From a virus, in the IMG/VR virus record IMGVR_UViG_3300014913_000011, positions 1-64,000 of that record: 64,000 nt of DNA; one strand, given 5' to 3'. Position numbers and translations under genes: made by a program. Every line of letters begins with the position of its first letter. The stretch's first letter is position 1. Positions 48,947 to 56,854 of the stretch are shown piece by piece. The notes under the pieces are model-generated. The model was not told the origin of the DNA. It did not search any database and saw nothing but the letters and a program-made list of their open reading frames with translations.

Positions 48947-50012
48947 CCTTCCACAACCTAGCTAATTCCACTGGTATCATGTCCACTACTGCAGACTTGT
49001 TACTAGTTTTTTTAAGTTTAAGTTCTATATCTAAGGATTTTTCCCAAAGTTTGTGAACCCTGTTTCCTATGAAAGCTTGAAAGGCTTTATCACTCATATT
49101 ACATTCCGGGAACTTGGCCCATATTTTTCCGAGTAAATCGTCAATGTTACTCTTTAGTTCGGGAACTAAGTCTTTAGCTGCAAACCCAAGTCTTAAATCT
49201 GCAGTAAACTGTTGCAACCTATGAATACCTTGTACTGGATCTACAATTTCTGGACTAAATACCTTAGATTGTTTTCTCATTTCGAAAAAGTCTTGAAATA
49301 AATATGCGTACATGAGGCTTGATAAGTTCTTTGAACTTACTACTCCTAAAGTCTTTGTGATGTCTAATTCAGTTTCGTCATTTGCATGTAAGGTTAAAAT
49401 CTTCTGGAGAGCCACGATAGCCCCCCGCATAGATCCTTCTCCAGATTCTACAGCCAAATCAATTAAAGCTTGAGGTAGTTTCTTTTTCTCTAATTTTAGT
49501 ATCTCTTTTAACCTAATATCAATTATACTATTAGGTATTCGGTTAAATCTATGTAATTCACATCTTGACTGAACAGTGCTAGGTATCTTCTCTTTCTCAG
49601 TAGTAATGAAGATGAACCTAACTCCTGGTGGAGGTTCCTCTATGGTTTTTAAAAGTGAGTCAAATCCAGCTGCACTGATTCTATGGGCTTCATCAAAAAT
49701 GTAAGTTTTACAATCACCTTCTATCGGATGATGTACTATCTCCAGTTTTAATGCACGAATATTATCTATTTTACCGTCACTAGCAGAATCCTTCTCAATT
49801 GTTCCGCAGGGATGTTCATTTAACACTTTACCTATAATCCTACCTAAGGTCGTTTTCCCTGTTCCTGGAGGTCCATACAGTAAGATACTCTTAGGAAGTA
49901 CATTTTCCTTTAAATATTGCTTTATTACTTTAGTGACACTTTCTTGGCCTGAAATATCTCCTAAATTGTCTGGGCGATATTTAAGATCTAAATCCAACTC
50001 AAATTCTGACAT
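48939..50012 (-). CDS. dnaX: DNA polymerase III gamma/tau-like clamp-loader ATPase
   Basis: KYRP...GQ, GPPGTGKTT, IFDEAH, LLKTIEEPP, SRC, GSMR. Confidence 0.9.
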   Translation of the reverse strand: MSEFELDLDLKYRPDNLGDISGQESVTKVIKQYLKENVLPKSILLYGPPGTGKTTLGRIIGKVLNEHPCGTIEKDSASDGKIDNIRALKLEIVHHPIEGDCKTYIFDEAHRISAAGFDSLLKTIEEPPPGVRFIFITTEKEKIPSTVQSRCELHRFNRIPNSIIDIRLKEILKLEKKKLPQALIDLAVESGEGSMRGAIVALQKILTLHANDETELDITKTLGVVSSKNLSSLMYAYLFQDFFEMRKQSKVFSPEIVDPVQGIHRLQQFTADLRLGFAAKDLVPELKSNIDDLLGKIWAKFPECNMSDKAFQAFIGNRVHKLWEKSLDIELKLKKTSNKSAVVDMIPVELARLWKDA

Positions 50013-50040
50013 GCTAGCTCCAATTAGTAAAACTAAAGTT

Positions 50041-50069
50041 AGTATACCTGAATTCTAAAGTTAAATCAA
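50041..50069 (-). promoter_or_regulatory. sigma70-type promoter for the dnaX operon
   Basis: TTGATT-17 nt-TATACT. Confidence 0.7.
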
Positions 50070-50074
50070 CTTGA

Positions 50075-50602
50075 CTATTGCAATAATTTTATATTTCGGA
50101 ACTTTGTTAGAATACTTTCTGGCTTAATATCTAAGGAGATAACTGCATGTCCGTCTCCAGTAGATTTCTCATGTATGACAGCTTTCTGTCCGGGATTAAT
50201 TGCCTTTAGAGCCATATATTCCTCATCTGGATCAAAAAATAATTTTAATCCAATAGTGGTATCTTTTGAACCATTTTTTTCTTCAGTAATATCTAGTACT
50301 TGTCTCTTTTTTAAGTAAAATGCATCTGAAATTTGAGTCGAATAAAGATCTAGTTCTTTCTCCCAAGTACTTATTCCCAAATCTTCTTGAAGTGCTTTAG
50401 CTATTCCCACACTTAGGAACAATCTTCCAATAACTAAATAGAGTGGCCTTAATCCTCTTTCTTCGGATGTTCTAATTAATTCATCAAGATCTGAAATAAT
50501 TTCAGATTCTAACTCTTTTGAACCTAATAATTTTAAACTGGGCTGGAATTCCTCTAATTCATTTGAAACTGCAATTTCTACTTTACAAGCATCTTCTTTC
50601 AT
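50075..50602 (-). CDS. Hypothetical protein
   Basis: 175-aa ORF abutting the upstream gene. Confidence 0.65.
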   Translation of the reverse strand: MKEDACKVEIAVSNELEEFQPSLKLLGSKELESEIISDLDELIRTSEERGLRPLYLVIGRLFLSVGIAKALQEDLGISTWEKELDLYSTQISDAFYLKKRQVLDITEEKNGSKDTTIGLKLFFDPDEEYMALKAINPGQKAVIHEKSTGDGHAVISLDIKPESILTKFRNIKLLQ

Positions 50603-50836
50603 TTATTCAGACTCTAGCCTATCAGGGATTTTGCCTTCTTCTACAAATCTTGTATATGTTTCTGGTGAAATTTTCCAACTCTTGGTTATCTTATCAAGGC
50701 ACCAGACACCTTCGCAGGTGTTGCATACAAACCACTTTCGTGTACCATCATATGTTAACAACGTACTTTTATACTCTGGATGAGTACTAGGTAAAAGGTC
50801 TAAGTCATTATCGCAATATGGACATTTTAACTCCAT
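50603..50836 (-). CDS. Zinc-finger protein
   Basis: CPYC...CNTC. Confidence 0.65.
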   Translation of the reverse strand: MELKCPYCDNDLDLLPSTHPEYKSTLLTYDGTRKWFVCNTCEGVWCLDKITKSWKISPETYTRFVEEGKIPDRLESE

Positions 50837-50853
50837 TAGTTGTTACCTACCTT

Positions 50854-50882
50854 AAAAGTACCCTCTAATTAAAGAGGGTACC
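50854..50882 (-). terminator. Intrinsic terminator
   Basis: GTACCCTCT-loop-AGAGGGTAC then TTTT. Confidence 0.7.
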
Positions 50883-50892
50883 TATCATATTC

Positions 50893-51135
50893 TTAGCTGT
50901 ATACTGCACTTGATATATAAGCACCAGCGACAACAATTTTCATCTTACTCTCAGTTGAATCAAAGACCGTACTTCCCTCAGGAAGCTTAGCTGGATCTGG
51001 AAGATCTGCAGTAGCTGCTACTAGAATTAACCCCGTAGCCTTACTTTGTATTCCACCTTCAGCTTGTACAACGCCTTTAATCTTTCTTACAGTTGATTCA
51101 GGTCTAACACCTTTGTAATCTTGATTACCTGCCAT
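50893..51135 (-). CDS. Small probable virion protein
   Basis: AGGAG SD, late motif, terminator; LP.P...EG.TVFD motif of head-fibre type. Confidence 0.65.
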   Translation of the reverse strand: MAGNQDYKGVRPESTVRKIKGVVQAEGGIQSKATGLILVAATADLPDPAKLPEGSTVFDSTESKMKIVVAGAYISSAVYS

Positions 51136-51237
51136 AATTATGTACTCCTAAAATTTTCTATATATAGAATCACTTCTTACACTGCATTTACAGTTTCAGA
51201 AGTTCAATATTCAGTATTCATATAGTACACAAATGTT

Positions 51238-51498
51238 TTATTTGGGACGTTTTGATAATTCGTGATTTACTGCATCTTTAACTTGTTTAGTTAATTCAAG
51301 TAGTTGCTCTTCTGAGAGTTGTGAGAGGAACTCGATTCTATCTCGTATAATAAGCATAGTGCCAGCTTCCACTTGGTTACCTTCAGCATCTAATACCAGA
51401 TACTTACTATCTGCCCATTGAACTATAAACCCATTCGTATAGTCCTTATCATATTTTGGACATCTTTGTACAATAGTTGTTGTTTTAGTTTCTTTCAT
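51238..51498 (-). CDS. Hypothetical protein
   Basis: ORF track; packed between neighbours. Confidence 0.55.
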   Translation of the reverse strand: MKETKTTTIVQRCPKYDKDYTNGFIVQWADSKYLVLDAEGNQVEAGTMLIIRDRIEFLSQLSEEQLLELTKQVKDAVNHELSKRPK

Positions 51499-51501
51499 AT
51501 T

Positions 51502-51759
51502 TTAATAATCTTCAATAAAAAGAAAATCTATATCTTCAGCTACTTTAAATAGTTCTATCCACTTACGTTTGATTTCCAATTTCTCTTTAGTAGGTAACTT
51601 TCGCACCTTACCAGACATGCTGTCTTCGAAATTTTTAAATTTTCTTCTCCCTTCTAATCTATCAAGATCAGCACAAAGTGAAACAATGTTATCAAAAGTG
51701 GATTCAACCTCATTAAGATCATAATCATTGAACTTTTCTAGTAGTCTTTGTCCTAACAT
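51502..51759 (-). CDS. Hypothetical protein
   Basis: ORF track; late-motif variant just upstream. Confidence 0.55.
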   Translation of the reverse strand: MLGQRLLEKFNDYDLNEVESTFDNIVSLCADLDRLEGRRKFKNFEDSMSGKVRKLPTKEKLEIKRKWIELFKVAEDIDFLFIEDY

Positions 51760-51794
51760 ATTAATTGTTATATAGTATAATTTAATTTGCTTCT

Positions 51795-52616
51795 TTAGTC
51801 AACATGTAAAATTTTATGAACCTTTTTACAAGACCTATACATTTGATTTTTAATAGAATATTGAGTTAAACTGGGTAGTTCCAGACACGTAATAGAGCCT
51901 TTAGGCCGAAAACTTTTAGTATCAATGCCAATTCGATCATACTTAGGAGTACCTGTCCTCGACTTTATAAAACGAGGTTTGTTGTAAGAGGTATGTCCAT
52001 GAATCACCGTTTTTCCAAAATCTAAATCAGATATTAAAAAACTATTCCTTATCCATAATAAATCCTCAGAAGCTTGATCTTCAACTTTTACACCTGGCAT
52101 AAGACCAGCATGTACAAAAATATAATCATCAGTCTCTAACATTAGATTTAGACTATTTAAAAATTTTAAATGATCTATAGGAAATTTCTTACGCATAGTT
52201 TTTGGTGAATCTAGATGCATAATACTCTCACCAGTGTGGTAACACATTCCAACTTTGCCTTGAAGTCCATAACTCTTATAGAACATGTCTCCACCATTTA
52301 CCATATGCCATTGACCGAAAGTTTCTCCAGGGTATCCTAAAAACCCAAGTGCCATTGACTCATGATTACCTTTTAAAAAATAAGCAGAACTACCTAATTC
52401 TTTCTTTACCTTTAATAATATATCTATTACATTAGAAGAACTAGGACCTCTATCAATATAATCACCCAGAAAAACCAGTAAATCTTCACCTACTTTAAAC
52501 TTTTCTGTATTAACTACATGATCTAATAAAATACTTAACTCTATAAATTGGCCATGAATATCTCCAATAGCAAATATTCTACCTTTAGGGTTTGGTAGTC
52601 TGATACGACTGTTCAT
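51795..52616 (-). CDS. Calcineurin-like metallophosphoesterase (Ser/Thr phosphatase, lambda NinI-like)
   Basis: GDIHG, LGDYIDRG, KGNHE, FVHAG, IHGHT, GIDT. Confidence 0.92.
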   Translation of the reverse strand: MNSRIRLPNPKGRIFAIGDIHGQFIELSILLDHVVNTEKFKVGEDLLVFLGDYIDRGPSSSNVIDILLKVKKELGSSAYFLKGNHESMALGFLGYPGETFGQWHMVNGGDMFYKSYGLQGKVGMCYHTGESIMHLDSPKTMRKKFPIDHLKFLNSLNLMLETDDYIFVHAGLMPGVKVEDQASEDLLWIRNSFLISDLDFGKTVIHGHTSYNKPRFIKSRTGTPKYDRIGIDTKSFRPKGSITCLELPSLTQYSIKNQMYRSCKKVHKILHVD

Positions 52617-52867
52617 TTTCTATATTGCCAGTATCCTTCAGATGGTTTAAATCTCCACCAGGTATATTCTTTAGTAGTTATCCATCTTCTAGATTTTTCA
52701 CTGCAATATACAGTAGTTGCTGCACTTGGATGTTTGAATCCACAGTATGGACACATGCCTATAGAGTAAAACTCTTCATGATCAGTTAGAATAGTATCAC
52801 ATTCTATGCAGCATGAAACTAATTGCCAACATCCTACCTTAATTGCATCTTTTGGCACTTCTTTCAT
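52613..52867 (-). CDS. Zinc-finger Trp-rich protein (paralog A)
   Basis: CIEC...CPYCG...GYWQ. Confidence 0.7.
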   Translation of the reverse strand: MKEVPKDAIKVGCWQLVSCCIECDTILTDHEEFYSIGMCPYCGFKHPSAATTVYCSEKSRRWITTKEYTWWRFKPSEGYWQYRK

Positions 52868-53163
52868 AAGAATTTTCCATACTTAGTAATTTTTACAATA
52901 TCTCTATCCCAATTTTCGTCTAGTCTAGATTTAACTTGCCAGTATCCCATGTTATTCCATTTCCAGAATTTCCATAAGGGTTCAGTTCTTATAAACCTCT
53001 TAGATGAGTGGAATACCTTATCACCCACAAATTTTGAAATACATCCACAATATCTGCAGACTTCCTGAGCATGGTAGATTTCATTATAGGTTAAGTGATG
53101 ATTGCATTCAATACAAGCTCTAGTATCTCGCCATTTGCCAATTTGATAAATTTTTTCTGTCAT
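52864..53163 (-). CDS. Zinc-finger Trp-rich protein (paralog B)
   Basis: CIEC...CRYCG...GYWQ; start refined to ATG 53163 (GAGGG SD). Confidence 0.7.
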   Translation of the reverse strand: MTEKIYQIGKWRDTRACIECNHHLTYNEIYHAQEVCRYCGCISKFVGDKVFHSSKRFIRTEPLWKFWKWNNMGYWQVKSRLDENWDRDIVKITKYGKFL

Positions 53164-53170
53164 ATTTATT

Positions 53171-53273
53171 TCCCTCATCAAAAGAAATACACGGACACAG
53201 TGCTAACACACTTGGAATTAATAGGAGCTGATAGATGATGAGGAATTAAGTAGTCTTTCCTGCCCCCGTGTAT
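53171..53273 (-). ncRNA. Candidate structured leader/small RNA
   Basis: About 14-bp terminal stem starting at the predicted TSS, a U-rich tract, and an internal 10-nt anti-SD. Confidence 0.4.
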
Positions 53274-53279
53274 GTTATT

Positions 53280-53308
53280 AGAATAACCTTTCTAGAGCTA
53301 CTTGTCAA
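53280..53308 (-). promoter_or_regulatory. sigma70-type promoter
   Basis: TTGACA-17 nt-TATTCT. Confidence 0.7.
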
Positions 53309-53328
53309 GTGTTCTTAAGTGAATAATT

Positions 53329-53592
53329 TTATTTTATTTCTTCGTCATCTGCTTGAAGTGGGATACTGCGAGTTGAGGCAGTATTTTTATGAATTTTTAC
53401 TCCGTAGGAAGAAACATCAATCGACTCGGAGTGACTTAAAATTTTATGGAAAGCTTTTATTAGTTCAGATTTAATTTGATTATCTGACATGCCTTCAGGA
53501 AATATTTCTAAATCACCTAGGTTAATTCTTGCTGAAATTGAAAATTCTACTAAGATTTCATCTGAAATTATGTAAGATTTTTTATTTGACAT
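53329..53592 (-). CDS. Hypothetical protein
   Basis: AGGGG SD; late motif at 53614. Confidence 0.6.
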   Translation of the reverse strand: MSNKKSYIISDEILVEFSISARINLGDLEIFPEGMSDNQIKSELIKAFHKILSHSESIDVSSYGVKIHKNTASTRSIPLQADDEEIK

Positions 53593-54031
53593 AGATTGTT
53601 CCCCTGTATTGTATATAGTACATGGATTAGTTGAGATTTACCTAATTAATTTAACTAGTTATACCTATAAAATCTATAAGTATTTAATATCATTAGGAAT
53701 TCACACTTATTTTATATTAAATAATATTAAATATAAATAAATAATACTAATATGTTTTATATAGCTTTCGATTTTTTACTGGACCCATACTAAGTACTTG
53801 ATTTTAGGTAGGTTATAAAGATATTCATCATTTAGAGTAACTTATCCCGATTTTATACTAATTTTAATAATATTTCGTATTTTGTATTGAGCGTTCATGC
53901 TTGGTTTTCTTAAATTCGCTCATATTTGCCTTCTATGGTCCTTTTGTGGATTCTACATTGTCCGGGGTAGGTTTACAAGTTTCTCCTTGATAGCAGTAGA
54001 CAGGGGACTGATTTAGTGCTATCATTGGATC

Positions 54032-54241
54032 ATGTTTAAAGCATATTCCGTATTCATATCCGAAGCTCGAAGGGAGGGAGCCTACTTGGTGAGCTGTCCA
54101 GAACTGTTTAATGATTGGCTTGAGATAGATCCTGAAAAGCAAAGTATATTTGAGGCTATTGAGCTGGTTTTAATAGCTAATTTAGAAATTGAAAACTTTA
54201 GTTTAGTATTTTTTGGTGAGACCTATTCATTAGCTATTTGA
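54032..54241 (+). CDS. HicB-like antitoxin-fold protein
   Basis: YSVFI...EGAYLVSCPEL...IFEAIELVL matches the HicB N-terminal pattern. Confidence 0.5.
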   Translation: MFKAYSVFISEARREGAYLVSCPELFNDWLEIDPEKQSIFEAIELVLIANLEIENFSLVFFGETYSLAI

Positions 54242-54247
54242 AAATAG

Positions 54248-54276
54248 TTGACTTAATTGCTTTTTGTAAGTATACT
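54248..54276 (+). promoter_or_regulatory. sigma70-type promoter
   Basis: TTGACT-17 nt-TATACT. Confidence 0.75.
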
Positions 54277-54307
54277 AGCTTTAATCAGTGTATAATGGAG
54301 ATGATAG

Positions 54308-55015
54308 ATGGTTAAGAAAAGAAAACTAAGAACAAATTTCACGCATCCAATAGTGGTATTCGATACTGAAACGGGGGGGTTAAATTCAGATGTAGAAGTT
54401 AATTGGAACCTGAATCTAGCATCAAAAATAGAAAAAGGGACAAAGATTGAAGGTACGGTTGCTAACCCTGCAGCCCCCGTTTTAGAAATAGCAGCTGTCG
54501 TTCTAAGTCCAATAACCTTAAAAGAGATTGATTATTTTCACACCTATGTCGGACCAGACAACGGTCAGACTTTAGAAGAGTATTTAAATTTATGCCATCC
54601 AAAGGCTTTAAGTGTTAATGGATTCAATAAAGGCGAGAGACGAGAAGCCCTAAAGAACGCTCCCACAGCAAAGGAGGCTTTAAAGGACTGGGTTAATTGG
54701 CTACAATTTGGTCATAGCTCACCACAAAAATTTCTACCTTGTGGACAGAACGTTCGTTTTGATATTGACATGATTAACTCTCTCGCTATGCGAAGTGGTG
54801 TGGATTTTCAATTTAGAACTAATCACATACTCGAATTAATTGCCTACTCATTAATTTATTTTTCACTTCCTAATACAGGTACTGTGGCTAATTATAAGTT
54901 AACTACAATAGCAGAATGTTTGGGAATCCCCACAGATCAAGCACACACTGCATTAGCAGATGTACGTATGACTGCGGATTGTTTACGCATTTTCCTAAAG
55001 GAGTTCACTGGATAA
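54308..55015 (+). CDS. DEDDh 3'-5' exonuclease (DnaQ/epsilon-like)
   Basis: VVFDTETGG, GQNVRFD, AHTALAD. Confidence 0.9.
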   Translation: MVKKRKLRTNFTHPIVVFDTETGGLNSDVEVNWNLNLASKIEKGTKIEGTVANPAAPVLEIAAVVLSPITLKEIDYFHTYVGPDNGQTLEEYLNLCHPKALSVNGFNKGERREALKNAPTAKEALKDWVNWLQFGHSSPQKFLPCGQNVRFDIDMINSLAMRSGVDFQFRTNHILELIAYSLIYFSLPNTGTVANYKLTTIAECLGIPTDQAHTALADVRMTADCLRIFLKEFTG

Positions 55016-55245
55016 TGAGTAATGAGCCTATGGACTTAGACGATCACGAGGTAATGTTCACCTGGACTGATGATAGGTCACTTGTTATTGAGCTTATAGG
55101 AGCCGACGGGTCTCTAGTACAATATGAAATGGATCCTTCAGAAATACGTAGTCTTTTCAACTTCCTAAAAGAAAAAATGGAACCAATCGAAAAAATAACT
55201 AAAGTTCTGGGCACAATTGCCGATAATAAACTTACAGACAAATAA
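55015..55245 (+). CDS. Hypothetical protein
   Basis: TAATG coupling; AGGAG upstream. Confidence 0.6.
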   Translation: MSNEPMDLDDHEVMFTWTDDRSLVIELIGADGSLVQYEMDPSEIRSLFNFLKEKMEPIEKITKVLGTIADNKLTDK

Positions 55246-55287
55246 ACTTTAGTTTTACATAATTTAAAAATTTAAGGAACTAGAAAG

Positions 55288-56853
55288 ATGAGTTTAGATT
55301 TAACGAAATATAGAGCATCTACAATTGGACTTCATGGATTAGAAGACGAGTTTAAGCTTTGTCATATCCCATTCCTAGTAGTTAATGATGTCTATGGAGC
55401 CATTGCTCTTGAGGGTTCTTCAGGATCAGGTAAGACAACTCTTATTGATCGCCTAGGCAAACTAAATGCTCTGACTGAAGGGGGAGGCCCAGTTGGTATC
55501 TTCTCAGCAGATAAGGCTAGGTATGAAGATTTCATAGGATGTCCTATTCCCAACTTAGAAACTGGTCAGATGAAGATTTATCCGATGCCTAAATCTGTAA
55601 CTACAATGCAAACTCTACTAATTGATGAAATCAACAGAGCTTCCTATGAGAATCAAGAAAAATGGCTCTCCCTTCTCGCTAGTAGAAGAGTAGATGGACA
55701 TGATACTCAGTGTAAGTATCTATTTGCAGCGATGAATCCAGTAGCTGGTGAGGGTGGAGATCAGTATGAAGGTACACAACCACTAGACAAGGCACTAGGT
55801 GAGAGAATTATGCTGTTAATTCAAATGCCTAAATTTAGTGACCTTCCGGCAAAAGACAAGATCAATATTATGACCGCATGTAAAAATCAAGTTCACTGGT
55901 CACCAACACCTGAACTAGTAAGCTTACATACAGAGTTTCTAAAAAGAGCCAGGGATTTTTATGAAGAATACAAGGCAACTATTACTGATAAAGTAGCTAA
56001 CTATATTTGTATGGTAGACAGTAAGATTGCAGCAGAATCTAGGGGAGAAGGAGGTCTAAAATTAGAAGGAAGAAGGGCACAGTTCATCTTAACAAATATT
56101 ATTGCTAACCATGCTTTAAATAAAGTATACTATGATACAGCTAGCTTGGAAAATTCTGCTCTAGAAGCACTTATCAAGAGTTTTCCAAATGTACTTTGGC
56201 AGGCTTCTGTAAATACAGTAGCTTTAAAGCAAGCCCATGATCTCTCTAGGGATATCCTCAACATGGATTCTGAAGAGCGGATTAAAGCACCTAATAACTA
56301 CGATGGTTTAGAAGGCCCTCTAAAGGTAATTAAGAAAGCAGCTGAGGATGGAGAAAGTACCGAGCAACTATCAAAAATTATTAACCAAGAATGGCCTAGT
56401 AAAAAACTTGATCCAATTAACTACTATCTGTTTGCCATTGCTGCATCTATAGGCTTGGCGAAAAGTGAGGATTCTGATACCTCAAAGCCTGTGATAAAGA
56501 AAAACGAGTATGCCAGACTTGAAAAAATATATAAAAGCCTACTTACTACTGAAGCATATCTTGAGATGGATAAAGTTGTAGAGTATGCTAATAAAAATTC
56601 AGGAAGTTTTCCTACGGATTACACTAGACCCGACTTCATAGAAAGAGACATTGATCCTGAAGCAATGGGCCTATTTGACCAGACCCTTGGAAACCTAGGA
56701 GTTGGGGGATATGCTTGCCTGGCAGTTTCGATAAGTGCTGAAGAATTAGTACATATTAAAGGTCTTCAAGATTATTTTCACATACTAAAAAAGATGTCTA
56801 CATCAATTCGGGCATTTCAAAAGATTAAAATAACTGTAAATAGTAGAGGTTAG
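55288..56853 (+). CDS. MoxR-like AAA+ ATPase
   Basis: GSSGSGKT, LLIDEINRA, AAMNP, PLDKALGER. Confidence 0.88.
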   Translation: MSLDLTKYRASTIGLHGLEDEFKLCHIPFLVVNDVYGAIALEGSSGSGKTTLIDRLGKLNALTEGGGPVGIFSADKARYEDFIGCPIPNLETGQMKIYPMPKSVTTMQTLLIDEINRASYENQEKWLSLLASRRVDGHDTQCKYLFAAMNPVAGEGGDQYEGTQPLDKALGERIMLLIQMPKFSDLPAKDKINIMTACKNQVHWSPTPELVSLHTEFLKRARDFYEEYKATITDKVANYICMVDSKIAAESRGEGGLKLEGRRAQFILTNIIANHALNKVYYDTASLENSALEALIKSFPNVLWQASVNTVALKQAHDLSRDILNMDSEERIKAPNNYDGLEGPLKVIKKAAEDGESTEQLSKIINQEWPSKKLDPINYYLFAIAASIGLAKSEDSDTSKPVIKKNEYARLEKIYKSLLTTEAYLEMDKVVEYANKNSGSFPTDYTRPDFIERDIDPEAMGLFDQTLGNLGVGGYACLAVSISAEELVHIKGLQDYFHILKKMSTSIRAFQKIKITVNSRG

Positions 56854-56854
56854 A

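Noticed and set aside
53840-53852. DnaA-box-like ttatcccga
   Set aside because: Single copy with two mismatches in AT-rich DNA.
53933-54142. 69-aa minus-strand ORF
   Set aside because: Overlaps the better supported HicB-like ORF on the other strand.
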